Below are positions 25,337 to 38,565 of a DNA stretch of 64,000 nt, piece by piece (positions within the stretch are counted from its first letter, which is position 1; the number at the start of each line of letters is the position of its first letter). The notes under the pieces are model-generated. The model was not told the DNA's origin and ran no database searches. It was given only the letters and a program-made list of their open reading frames with translations. Origin of the DNA: Eledone cirrhosa (taxonomy: Eukaryota); assembly GCA_964016885.1 (NCBI GenBank), contig OZ024743.1, positions 201,500,001 to 201,564,000 on the forward strand, given 5' to 3'. The position numbers were made by a program, and so were the translations under genes.

Positions 25337-25678
25337 TCATCATCATCATCATCATTTTATGTCTGCTTTTCCCTGCTTGCAAGGGTGGGACGGGAACTGA
25401 TTCTGGCTTGATTTCTACAGCTGGATGCCCTTCCTAAGTTCAACCTCATTTACAGTGAGTGCTGGGTGCTGTTTTTGCCGCGGCACCTCCACGACCACTT
25501 TGCAGTGGAATGATAGGGACCCCAGTCCCTATCATCTCATTTCTACAGCTGAGTAAACTGGAGCAATGTGAAATAAATTGTCTTGCTCAAGGAAACAACA
25601 CATCACACGGTCTGAGAATTGAACTCACAACCATTTGATTGCAAGGCCAATGCTCTAACCACTAAGCCATTTGCCTCC
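25337..25678 (-). mobile_element. Full-length tRNA-derived CORE-type SINE
   Basis: GGAGGC..TGGCTTAGTGG (A box), GAGTTCAATTC (B box), MIR-core-like CCTTGAGCAAGACA..CTCAGCTGTAGAAATG, RTE-2-like tail and (GAT)n. Confidence 0.9.
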
Positions 25679-26802
25679 ATGAATGTGAATATATACGATG
25701 GTGATGATGATGATGATGATGACAACAGATTCAAACATAAAGATATCTAACATATTTAACAAGAGTTTAAGGTTATATGACATGAATTGATTCAGTTCCT
25801 GAATATGTATATGTGTATGAGTCTTTTGCTCACATCATCATCATCATCATCATCATCATCATTTAACATCTATTTCTCCAGTTAGTAAGAGGTCATCACA
25901 AAGGAAGTCATTGCTTAATTGGAGTTACTAGCCTCTAAGATAGGTTGGTGAAGTGGGCTGGGGGGGGGGGGATCTTGTTTACATACATTCCCACAATCTA
26001 AGAGAGTGTGTGTGTATCAATATGTCTATGCATACACTTGTATGTGTATATGTTTATATATACATGCCTATATGTTTGTGCGTTGCCACACTCACACTAT
26101 ATATACCAAAGGTTTACCTGTGCTTAACCTAACTTGAGTTCCACCAACTTAGAAATATGAACAATGGTATTTAAAAATGTCATTTAATAACAATGACATT
26201 AAAAATCTCAATAATTTCAATACTAGACATGATATTCAAGATACCAACATCTTTTCAAACACCACGAAACAATAAATATCTTAGTTGAAATTCATAGCTC
26301 AGAAAACTTGAATATAGTAAATTTACAATACAAATTATATCATAGACAAATAAAAACTAGTTAGCGTGAACTCCATATATACTTAGCCTATTGTTAATAA
26401 TCTCCCTGCAACCAAACAATGATAGAATAGCAGCTTTCTCTCTGCTATCTTTCTCATATATGAGAATTTTTATAAGTTCACCATAAGAGTTTCCAAAGTA
26501 ATTTTTCATGGAAACACTTTACCTGTAGAAGATTTTTGTGAAAAATTTTTATAAATTTCTATGCGGAATGTATATATTCAACCAAATTGTTTTCAGAGGG
26601 TCCAGAGGAAATCCAAAAGGTTTATAAAGAAACAAGCTTCAAATAATATATCATCCGTTATTTGAGAATAAGGAATGAGAAACTCTGTACAGGGATTAAC
26701 ATATTAACTCTGCTACTATTCCTAAGTGTATTGAGTTACTTTCTTTTGTTTAATTATATTTCACAGCAGAGGGATATGGTCATATTTAAAAAAATGTACT
26801 CA

Positions 26803-27003
26803 CCTAAAGCAAGGCAATAAAGCCACCACAATACAAGGGGTTACTGAGAAGAGGGAAGAACAAGACAGAGAGAACATAAACCCAAACAAGGCAATAAAGT
26901 CACTACAATACAAGGGGTTACTGAAAAGAGAAACCGACAAGACATAGAAAACATAGCCCCAAGCAAGGCAATAAAGCCACTAAAATACAAGGGGTTACTG
27001 ATA
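26803..27003. repeat. Tandem repeat, unit about 75 bp, about 2.6 copies
   Basis: CAAGGCAATAAA..ATACAAGGGGTTACTGA occurs three times. Confidence 0.85.
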
Positions 27004-27224
27004 AGGCACCAGCTGACGCCTCAGAGTCGTTGCAGCTGAATGATTAATGCTAACAGGATGTCAGTCTGTTGCAGGGTTAGTCTTCATTTTATTCAGGCAA
27101 ACTGACTGGAGCAATGTATAGTAAAGTGTCTTGCTCAAGAATACAATGTGTGTGTATGCGGCTGTGTGTTTATATATATAAATCAAGTTGGATTCAGTTT
27201 GAAACTGGTTAGACCATTACTCAA

Positions 27225-27344
27225 CAGAGTACTTGATACTCCGGGTAGTAGAGTATAGTTATATTGTAAAGAATTGGGACCCCGACGGTTGAGCTCTTGC
27301 CATTTCAACAGCTAGTTTTGGTCTGAAACTAGTCGTTGTGTCCC
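27225..27344 (-). mobile_element. Family D copy with a hammerhead scaffold lacking the CUGANGA strand
   Basis: Minus strand: GGGACAC AACGACTAGTTT-CAGACC-AAAACTAGCTGTT GAAA TGGC..ACCG TC GGGGTCCC. Confidence 0.6.
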
Positions 27345-28634
27345 AACACTTTATGATATCATCATCAATTAATTTCCATCTTTCACGTTAGCATTGGTTA
27401 GACGGATCCTATTTTGAGGTAAGTTGTGTCGGGTGACCATGTCTCGCTCATATAGGGGTGTTTCTGGCTGTTTTTTTACGGCTGGATGCCCTTCCTAATG
27501 CCAACCACATTGACAGTGTATGTATGTATGTATGTATGTGTGTATTTGTGTATGTATATATGTATTACATATATATATATATGCAATAGAAAGACTGAGA
27601 TTCTTTAATGAACCTTCTGTGCTGCTATAGATATGCGTCTGTGTGAGTGTGTGTGTGTGTTTGTGTGTGTGTGTTGTGTGTGTGTGTGTTGTGTGTGTGT
27701 GTAGCTGAAAGCAGTAGTATTCTTGGTGTTTGTTGTTTTTCTTTTAAGTGAAATATCAGAAGAGAACTTGTGTTGTACACTTGAATAGCTAAACAGTGGT
27801 GGAGCAGTCCAAACATAATAGACACACTACTTGCCAGAGTTTATCTTAATCTGATAAAACATCTATCCAGTTGTCTATGATATCACACAGATAGCTTGTA
27901 TTTAGACAGGATATCACTATAACAGAATATCCATATCAGGACATCATCAACATCATCATCAACATCATCAACATTGTCACCACCTTCACCACCAATATCA
28001 CTACTATCAGGCCTAACACCACCACCACCCTCACCACCATCTGTCACTAGATATATTGGGATGGAGAAATAAACAATGAATCAGAGAGGGAGGGGTGATG
28101 GTAAAGGAATTGAATGAGAGAGGGGGAGGAATGAAAGGGATAGTAGGAGGGAGGATGAAAGAGAAGGGGTGTGAGGATTAGAGTGAGATTTTGTTGTTTA
28201 TTATTTCATATTACATTTCATATAGCTTGTCTCTATTCTCGAGAGAGACTGTATATATACACACATAGATTCATAGATTCATACATACACACATATGCAG
28301 AGACATCTATACATACATATATATACACATACGTACATATATACATACACAAATACACACATATATACATACATACATACACACATACATATATACATAC
28401 ATATATACATATGAGTACAACAATGAATGATATAGATATATATAGATAGATAGATAGATAGATAGATATACATACATACACTCATACATACACACATACA
28501 CACATACATACATACAGACATATGTACATGTGCACATATTTCTCAAAACATAGATCCACACATGCAATGGCGTCCATAGCCGAACACACACACACACACT
28601 CATAAAAGGGATTAACATACACAATCTTGTTTAA

Positions 28635-28860
28635 CCCTTTAGCATTCACATTCACTTTACTCCATATATACTATTATATTTTCATGGTAAAGGCTTTACC
28701 TCACATAATTATCTCACATAATATCAAAGCTATGAGATTTTGAAAGTATTTATTTTGAGAACAATACCTTAACATCAGTTTGAGCGACCAGTTACAGCCA
28801 GTTTCAACAGAAGGAGGTGGAGAATTCTGGCTGGTTTTGGTCGGTTTAAACGTTAAAGGG
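28635..28860. mobile_element. piggyBac-type MITE
   Basis: TTAA|CCCTTTAGCATT...AACGTTAAAGGG|TTAA. A second copy in opposite orientation lies at 43372-43592. Confidence 0.85.
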
Positions 28861-29175
28861 TTAAATTCCAATGAATGTCTTGTCTCCGTGTTAGAAATTG
28901 GCTCTGTTTCTATTGGTGAGAAATCAAGAAAAAATAAAACCAGAACATACACACATATACATCTCTCACTCATATGAACAAATGGAGGGCCATATACTGG
29001 CCACCCTGCGACCCCAGCAGACAGAATAGAGAAGGCATTTTCTCTGGAGGATGGTGAGAGATATACGGTGGAAGTGCCAATCCACCTTGTGAGGCTCACA
29101 CCAGCAGGTAGCCAACACTGTGTTGATGGCAGTGAGCAAGGAGGTGTTCCTAGAGCCAAGGACACCAGAAGTCTC

Positions 29176-29239
<64 letters not shown>

Positions 29240-29609
29240 GTAGATAAATCTACCAAGAGTTTACGGTAGTGTCCAATCCGTATGAAGAACTCAATGTATT
29301 CCGGATATCATGGAAAGAAGAGATGTAATGAAAAATCACTTTCGGTGAAAGATAAACGGTATACAGAGTCAAGATAAAATATTAAACAAATAATGAATAA
29401 ACAATTCCTTACAGAGATATTAACCTTGAAATTTTGTGTTTGCATCCATCTTTTTAGTATGCCTATACAAGTTATACATACATTTTTGTAAAATATGTGT
29501 AAGGGTTTTACATGTATATACACACACCGAACTGCTTTTAACCCTTTGTGTTTTCATTGGTCAATTTTGAACTGAAATTTTGAATTGTTGTTATTATCAA
29601 TAAATATAC

Positions 29610-29764
29610 TTCATTATTTCTGAAGACGGCGTATATATGTGTTAGGTATGTATATTTAATCTTGATAATTTGTATAATTTTGTATAATTTTGTACATAGA
29701 TCTGTTGAATATGCATACCAATTATAACACATATATACCCTAGAAACGATCGTTAAATAATGAA
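29610..29764 (+). ncRNA. Type I hammerhead motif with very long stem II and palindromic stem III
   Basis: TTCATTATTT CTGAAGA [CGGC GTATATATGTGTTA GGTATGTATATTTAAT ... GTTGAATATGCATACC AATTA TAACACATATATAC CCTA] GAA ACGATCGT T AAATAATGAA. Confidence 0.8.
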
Positions 29765-29838
29765 CTTTTTTTGTTTAATATAAGGAATTGTTTATTCATT
29801 ATTTGTTTAATATTTTATATATATATATATATATATAT

Positions 29839-30103
29839 GTAGAAGTTATATTTAATTTGTTGGGATAAAACAAGCAAATATTTTTATAACTGATATAAAG
29901 CACTCAACAAATATGACTATCCGGGAGCTTCCAACAGACATGGTCGCATTCTTTTAAGGGTATGTCAATATTTGTTTATAAAACTGATCTATATTATATT
30001 TTATCTGATGAAAGCACACCATAATTTGCTTTGGTGTCCTTGAAATATGTATAAGGAAATAAATATGGTTTTATAAATATAGTTTCCATTTATTAATATA
30101 TTG
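29839..30103. mobile_element. Family A copy: inverted 3' piece joined to a forward copy
   Basis: 29839-29912 is the reverse complement of the family A 3' end. 29915-30103 is colinear with 20955-21132. Confidence 0.8.
29997..30061 (+). ncRNA. Type I hammerhead ribozyme motif (family A)
   Basis: TATTTTAT CTGATGA AAGCACACCA..TGGTGTCCTT GAAA TATGTA TA AGGAAATA. Confidence 0.75.
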
Positions 30104-30138
<35 letters not shown>

Positions 30139-30619
30139 ATCATGATGATGATGATGATGATGATGATGACGACAATGATGAAGATGATGACAATGAAGTG
30201 GTGGTGGTGGTGATGAAAATGATGATGATCGTGATAATGATTGCAATGATGATGATGATGGTGGTGGTGGTAGTGGTGGTGTTGGTGGTGGTGTTATGTG
30301 GTTGTGGTGATGATGATGATGGTGGTGTTGGTGATGGTGGTGGTGATGGTGGTGATGGTGTTGGTGGTGGTTGTTATGCGGCGGTGGTGGTGGTTGTTAT
30401 GTGGTGGTGGTGATGAGGATGATGATCAAGATGATAATGACAATAGTGATGATGAATAAGAGGCAAAGATGGAAGAAGAAATTGGAAAAGGAAAAATAGA
30501 GAAAAGAACAATAAGATTAAATCAACCTAATGTATGAGTGTGTATGTGTATGTATGTGTTTATGTGTGTATGTGTGTGAGTGTGTTAATGTATGCAACTG
30601 TTTGCTTAGGTGTAGGTAA

Positions 30620-33600
30620 GTATATGTCTGTATATGTATGTGTGTCTCGTGTGTCTGTGTATGTCTATATATGTGTGTGTGTGTCTGTGTATGTCTGTAT
30701 ATGTATGTGTGTCTCGTGTGTCTCTGTATGTCCATATATGTGTGTATGTCTGTGTATGTCTGTATATGTATGTGTGTCTCGTGTGTCTGTGTATGTCTAT
30801 ATATGTGTGTGTATGTCTGAGTATGTCTGTATATGTATGTGTGTCTCGTGTGTCTCTGTATGTCTATATATGTGTGTATGTCTGTGTATGTCTGTATATA
30901 TATGTGTGTCTCGTGTGTCTCTGTATGTCTATATATGTGTGTATGTCTGTGTATGTCTGTATATGTATGTGTGTCTCGTGTGTCTCTGTATGTCTATATA
31001 TGTGTGTATGTCTGTGTATGTCTGTATATGTATGTGTGTCTCGTGTGTCTGTGTATGTCTATATATGTGTGTATGTCTGTGTATGTCTGTATATGTATGT
31101 GTGTCTCGTGTGTCTCTGTATGTCCATATATGTGTGTATGTCTGTGTATGTCTGTATATGTATGTGTGTCTCGTGTGTCTGTGTATGTCTATATATGTGT
31201 GTATGTCTGTGTATGTCTGTATATGTATGTGTGTCTCGTGTGTCTGTGTATGTCTATATATGTGTGTATGTCTGTGTATGTCTGTATATGTATGTGTGTC
31301 TCGTGTGTCTGTGTATGTCTATATATGTGTGTATGTCTGTGTATGTCTGTATATGTATGTGTGTCTCGTGTGTCTCTGTATGTCTATATATGTGTGTATG
31401 TCTGTGTATGTCTGTATATATATGTGTGTCTCGTGTGTCTCTGTATGTCTATATATGTGTGTATGTCTGTGTATGTCTGTATATGTATGTGTGTCTCGTG
31501 TGTCTGTGTATGTCTATATATGTGTGTATGTCTGTGTATGTCTGTATATGTATGTGTGTCTCGTGTGTCTGTGTATGTCTATATATGTGTGTGTATGTCT
31601 GTGTATGTCTGTATATGTATGTGTGTCTCGTGTGTCTCTGTATGTCCATATATGTGTGTATGTCTGTGTATGTCTGTATATGTATGTGTGTCTCGTGTGT
31701 CTCTGTATGTCCATATATGTGTGTATGTCTGTGTATGTCTGTATATGTATGTGTGTCTCGTGTGTCTCTGTATGTCTATATATGTGTGTATGTCTGTGTA
31801 TGTCTGTATATGTATGTGTGTCTCGTGTGTCTGTGTATGTCTATATATGTGTGTATGTCTGTGTATGTCTGTATATGTATGTGTGTCTCGTGTGTCTCTG
31901 TATGTCTATATATGTGTGTGTATGTCTGTGTATGTCTGTATATGTATGTGTGTCTCGTGTGTCTCTGTATGTCTATATATGTGTGTATGTCTGTGTATGT
32001 CTGTATATGTATGTGTGTCTCGTGTGTCTGTGTATGTCTATATATGTGTGTGTATGTCTGTGTATGTCTGTATATGTATGTGTGTCTCGTGTGTCTCTGT
32101 ATGTCCATATATGTGTGTATGTCTGTGTATGTCTGTATATGTGTGTGTATGTCTGTGTATGTCTGTATATGTATGTGTGTCTCGTGTGTCTCTGTATGTC
32201 TATATATGTGTGTATGTCTGTGTATGTCTGTATATGTATGTGTGTCTCGTGTGTCTCTGTATGTCCATATATGTGTGTATGTCTGTGTATGTCTGTATAT
32301 GTATGTGTGTCTCGTGTGTCTCTGTATGTCTATATATGTGTGTGTATGTCTGTGTATGTCTGTATATGTATGTGTGTCTCGTGTGTCTCTGTATGTCTAT
32401 ATATGTGTGTATGTCTGTGTATGTCTGTATATGTATGTGTGTCTCGTGTGTCTCTGTATGTCTATATATGTGTGTATGTCTGTGTATGTCTGTATATGTA
32501 TGTGTGTCTCGTGTGTCTCTGTATGTCTATATATGTGTGTATGTCTGTGTATGTCTGTATATGTATGTGTGTCTCGTGTGTCTCTGTATGTCCATATATG
32601 TGTGTATGTCTGTGTATGTCTGTATATGTATGTGTGTCTCGTGTGTCTCTGTATGTCTATATATGTGTGTATGTCTGTGTGTGTCTGTATATGTATGTGT
32701 GTCTCGTGTGTCTCTGTATGTGTGTATGTGTATGTGTATCTCGTGTGTCTGTGTGTAAATGTATGTGTGTCTCATCTGTCTCTGTATGTGTGTGTATATG
32801 TATGTGTGTCTCGTGTGTCTCTGTATGTGTGTGTATATGTATGTGTGTCTCATGTGTCTCTGTATGTGTGTATATGTATGTGTGTCTCGTGTGTATATGT
32901 ATGTGTGTCTCGTGTGTCTCTGTATGTGTGTCTCGTGTGTCTGTGTGTATATGTATGTGTGTCTTGTGTGTCTCTGTATGTGTGTATATGTATGTGTGTC
33001 TTGTGTGTCTCTGTATGTGTGTATATGTATGTGTGTCTTGTGTGTCTCTGTATGTGTGTATATGTATGTGTGTCTTGTGTGTCTCTGTATGTGTGTATAT
33101 GTATGTGTGTCTTGTGTGTCTCTGTATGTGTGTATATGTATGTGTGTCTTGTGTGTCTCTGTATGTGTGTATATGTATGTGTGTCTTGTGTGTCTCTGTA
33201 TGTGTGTATATGTGTATATGTATGTGTGTCTCATGTGTCTCTGCATGTCTGTATATGTATGTGTATCTCGTGTGTCTGTGTGTATATGTATGTGTGTCTG
33301 TATATGTGTGTATATGTATGTGTGTCTCATGCATCTGTGTATGTCTATATATGTATGTGTGTCTGTGTATGTTTATATATGTCTATATATGTATGTGTGT
33401 ATGTGTGTATGTGTATGTGTGTGTGTCTGTATATGTATGTGTGTCTCGTGTGTCTGTGTATGTCTGTATATGTATGTGTGCCTTGTGTGTCTCTGTATGT
33501 CTGTATATGTCTATGTATGTATGTGTGTGTGTATGTGTATATATGGTAGTGTACATGTATGTATGTGTGTGTGTATATATGGTAGTGTACATGTATGTGT

Positions 33601-35200
33601 GTGTGTGTATATATAGTAGTGTACATGTATGTATGTGTGTGTGTATATATAGTAGTGTACATGTATGTATGTGTGTGTGTATGTGTATATATGGTAATGT
33701 ACATGTATGTATGTGTGTGTGTGTATATATGGTAGTGTACATGTATGTGTGTGTTTGTGCATGCATGTGTATAAATGTATGTCTGTTTGTGCATATATTT
33801 TTATATATATATGTGTGTTGGTGCAGGCATGTGTTTTTATGTATGTGTGTGTGTGTTGGTGCAGACCTGTGCTTTTATGTATGTATGTGTTGGTGCAGAC
33901 ATTTGTTTTTATGTATGTGTGTGTGTTGGTGCAGACATGTGTTTTTATGTATGTGTGTGTTTGTGCAGGCATGTGTTTTTATGTATGTGTGTGTGTTGGT
34001 GGAGGCATTTGTTTTTATGTATGTATGTGTGTGTGCAGGCATGTGTTTTTATGTATGTGTGTGTTTGGGAAGGCAAGTGTGTTTATGTATGTGTGTGTTG
34101 GTGCAGGCATGTGTTTTTATATATGTATGTGTGTGTGCAGGCATGTGTTTTTATGTATGTGTTTGTGAAGGCAAGTGTTTTTATGTATGCGTGTGTGTGT
34201 GCAGGCAAATGTTTTTTTGTATGTGTATGTTGGTGCAGGCATGTGTTTTTATGTATGCGTGTGTTTGTGCAGGCATGTGTTTTTATGTATGCGTGTGTTT
34301 GTGCAGGCATGTGTTTTTATGTATGTATGTGTTTTTTATGTATGTCTATGTTTGTGCAGGCATGTGTTTTTATGTTAGGTATGTGTTTTTATGTATGTAT
34401 GTGTTTTTATGTATGTCTATGTTTGTGCAGGCATGTGTTTTTATGTATGCGTGTGTTTGTGCAGGCATGTGTTTTTATGCATGTGTGTGTTTTTATGTAT
34501 GTCTATGTTTGTGCAGGCATGTGTTTTTATGCATGTATGTGTTTTTATGTATGTCTATGTTTGTGCAGGCATGTGTTTTTATGTATGTGTGTGTTTTTAT
34601 GTATGTCTATGTGTGTGCAGGCATGTGTTTTTATGTATGTGTGTATTGGTGCAGGCATGTGTTTTTATGTATGCGTGTGTTTCTGCAGGCATGTGTTTTT
34701 ATGTATGCGTGTGTTTGTGCAGGCATGTGTTTTTATGTATGTATGTGTTTTTTATGTATGTCTATGTTTCTGCAGGCATGTGTTTTTATGTTAGGTGCGT
34801 GTTTTTATGTATGTCTATGTTTGTGCAGGCATGTATTTTTATGCATGTATGTGTTTTTATGTATGTCTATGTTTGTGCAGGCATGTGTTTTTATGTATGT
34901 GTGTGTTTTTATGTATGTCTATGTTTGTGCAGGCATGTGTTTTTATGTATGCGTGTGTTTGTGCAGGCATGTGTTTTTATGTATGTATGTGTTTTTTATG
35001 TATGTCTATGTTTCTGCAGGCATGTGTTTTTATGTTAGGTGCGTGTTTTTATGTATGTCTATGTTTGTGCAGGCATGTGTTTTTATGCATGTATGTGTTT
35101 TTATGTATGTCTATGTTTGTGCAGGCATGTGTTTTTATGTTAGGTGTGTGTTTTTATGTATGTCTATGTTTGTGCAGGCATATGTTTTTATGTATGTGTT
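30620..35200. repeat. Compound GT-rich minisatellite (65/67-bp, 37-bp, about 38-40-bp and 34-bp unit blocks)
   Basis: TCTCGTG marker every 65 bp (about 30640-32700), 37-bp period at about 32960-33200, GGTAGTGTACATG units at 33540-33750 and GTGCAGGCATG units at 33820-35190. Confidence 0.95.
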
Positions 35201-35635
35201 AGTTTATAAAAATATTTCTCCTGGAACCTGACACTACAAGCAACACTAATCAATATTGTTATACATATGTAGAAAACAAAATATCACTGCAACCTGAAAC
35301 ATAAATCAGAATACAATTGTTTCATTTAGTTTTTGTATCACTGCCATTTTCATTTTTTTTAACAAAAAAACCGTCAAAAACTAAATCAACAAAAAATACC
35401 AAAAAAAACAAACAAACATATGAATAAAAATAAATATAAATAAATATGTACAAAGAATTCTTCTGTCAGTAAATTATGAAATGCAAATTATATAAGTACT
35501 AAGCACTCACTGACATTTCCATCAAACAATCTTTACAGTGAAGTCACTACCAGAGGAATCTGAGAAATACCAATGTATGGGAAGTTTCAATTAATAGCCT
35601 ACAAGCCTCAATGCACACACACACACACACACAGA

Positions 35636-35759
<124 letters not shown>

Positions 35760-35771
35760 AATCTATATGTT

Positions 35772-35802
<31 letters not shown>

Positions 35803-35806
<4 letters not shown>

Positions 35807-36140
35807 GAAAGGTATAGAAAACACTGCAGCGAAAAGCGAACAGCATTCCATAGTATATAAGTGACTATAGCATCAAAATGGGAAAAATAGTTAACGTAAG
35901 ATGTGGGAAAAATAATTTAAACTCATCTTAAAGAGAATCAGGATATAAATTCATCCACAGAATTTAGTGAAATCCAAGGAAAAATCAATAGAGCCTTAAC
36001 TCATGATAAAATAAAGTTCAAGATACCTATCCTTCAATTTGGAAAAACTTCAAATGCTCTGTATAGTCGTAAGACTATTTCATGAAAACTTTCAGCGGAG
36101 ATGGTCACGGTTGGAGTTCATCATCAGCAGAGCTCAACTC
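35803..36140 (-). mobile_element. Family C element, second copy
   Basis: Colinear with 12143-12475. Confidence 0.75.
36056..36133 (-). ncRNA. Type I hammerhead ribozyme motif (family C)
   Basis: Minus strand: GCTCTG CTGATGA TGAA..TTCA T GAAA TAGTC-TTAC-GACTA TA CAGAGC, with a one-nucleotide irregularity at the base of stem II. Confidence 0.75.
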
Positions 36141-36849
36141 GATAACCAGGATTCTCGCAGATTAATATACCAAAAAGGGAATTCTAAAGCTGGCCAGTCC
36201 AACATCATGCGTGATCACGAAAAACGCACGCAAGGAAAAAATGGCTATTGACGTTAGAATGAGACGAAAGTTTGTTTACAAGAAACAACAGTCAAAAACA
36301 TTCCGAAAAAACATTCCGAAACAGTCAAAAACATTCCGAAAAAAACTCTACAGTAAGGAGTTCAGCAAAATGCAATATTATCGCAGTTTTTTATATATAT
36401 ATATATATTTATATATATATGGAGGCACATGGCTTAGTGGTTAGGGCATTGGCCTTGATGATGATGATATATATATATATGTTCATATAAATATATATAT
36501 ATATATATATGTTTGTATAAATATATATATATATAAATATATATAGACATACACCCACACACATATATGTGTACCCTTATGCATAAAATTACATATCCTA
36601 GGAGGTGGTGGCCAACAAAGAAGATAGATGCTTTTGTTCATTCCTTCCATGTGTTTTGTTTCTCCATGGTGTGCAACTTTGGTATATATATATAGAGAGA
36701 GAGGGGGGAGAGAGAGAGAGTCATAGTAAGAAGAAAGAAAGGACAAGAAAGAATGAGAGAAGCAGAAAATGAGATTAGAAAAGAAAGTAGAATACAGAAG
36801 TTGATATATATATATATCATGGCATATGTTGATATATATATATCATAGT

Positions 36850-37198
36850 ACATGGCTTAGTGGTTAGAGCATTGGCCTTGCAATCGAAAGGTTGTAAGTT
36901 CAATTCTCAGACCAGGTGATGTGTTGTTTCCTTGAGCAAGACACTTTATTTCACATTGCTCCAGTTTACTCAGCTCTAGAAATGAGATGATAGGGACTGG
37001 GGTCCCTATCATTCCACTGCAAAGTGGTCGTGGAGGTGTCACGGAAAAAAAGCACCCACCACTCACTGTAAATGAGGTTGGTGTTAGGAAGTGCATCCAG
37101 CTGTAGAAATCAAGCCAGAATCAGTTCCCGTCCCACCCTTGCAAGCAGGGAAAAGCGGACGTAAAATGAAATGATGATGATGATGATGATGATGATGA
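36850..37198 (+). mobile_element. CORE-type SINE
   Basis: Same sequence as 25337-25678. An isolated 36-bp head fragment lies at 36421-36456. Confidence 0.9.
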
Positions 37199-37745
37199 TA
37201 TATATATATATAGAGAGAGAGATAGATAGTCAGATAGATAGATAGAGCGAGAGAGAGAGAGAGAGGGTAGAACTCTACTTTTTTTCTTTTAAATCTAACC
37301 AATGGAAAACTAAAGCTATCCTTTTATGAATTTAGCTTTGTTAGACATCTTGAAAAATATTCAAAAACAAGAACAGTATTGATGTCATATTGAAAAAACA
37401 ACAAAATATATTTTTAAAATATAAAAAAAATATATAAAAAATATAATATAAAATAACATTGATAATATAAAATAAAATAAAATAAAAAATAGAATAATGA
37501 ATACGCTATTAATCTGATATTTTGAAGAATTTTACAAGTGTTTAGACCAGAAATATACAAAAGAAATGAAATGAAAAAAAAAATGACTATAACTTAACAC
37601 ACTAAGAAATATGAAAACACTGACAAAAGGAGAGGAAAAGGAAAAAAATATGAAATAAGAGGATTTATCAAGCAGATGCTTGCTTATTTGTTGCTTCATG
37701 CTTGTTTATTATGTTGACTATGATGATGGTGATGGTGATGGTGAC

Positions 37746-37776
<31 letters not shown>

Positions 37777-38565
37777 GTGGTGGTGATGGTGGTGAAGGAG
37801 TGGTAATGGTGATGATGATGGTGATAACAACAGTGAAAAGGATGATAATGATGGTGGTGAGGAAGGAGTGGTAATGATGCTGCTGCTGCTGCTGATGATG
37901 ATGATGATATGATGATTGCGATGATGATGACAATGATAATGTCTATGAAGATGATGACAGAGATGATGGTGTCGGTGGTGGTGGTAGTGGTGATGGTGAT
38001 GCTGCTGCTGCTGATGATATGATGATGGTGATATGATGATGACAATGATAATGTCCATGATGATGATGACAATATTGTCCATGACGATGATGACGGTGAT
38101 AATGGAAATGATGATGATCATGGTAGTGGTGGTGAAGGTTTGATGATGATGGTGGTCATCCTCATCATAATCATCATCGTCAGCACCAGCATCATCATCA
38201 CCATCATTCTTTTCTCCACCATCATCATTACCATCATGGTGACTATTGTTATTACTAATATTAATATTATCAGATGGCCGTCGGAAGTCTGCCCCCTAGT
38301 GGAGAATTTTTTCATTGTTCTATTATTACATCCTCTGTTTTTTTGTTTTTTACACGCAGAAATGCCTATTTGTACTGTCCTGTATTGTCCTGTACCGTCC
38401 TTAATGTCTACTTTGTGTAAACCCTTGTGGTTAATAAAGAAAGCATTATTATCATTGTTATAATTATAATCATAATTATTATTATTATTATTATCATTAT
38501 CCTTATTATTATTATTGTTAGCCCTTGTGGCCAATAAAGAAGCCATTATTATTATTATTATTATT

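Noticed and set aside
28970-29180. GC-richer segment sharing CCAGCAGACAGAATAGAGAA with about 53500
   Set aside because: Probably an old repeat fragment, but no diagnostic motif allows classification.
30620-35200. CRISPR-like periodic array
   Set aside because: Units are contiguous with no unique spacers, there are no cas genes, and the context is eukaryotic.
30534-35231. 1565-aa ORF and overlapping long ORFs
   Set aside because: Open in all three frames because the GT-rich minisatellite lacks stop codons. The translation is only V/C/M/Y/S repeats.
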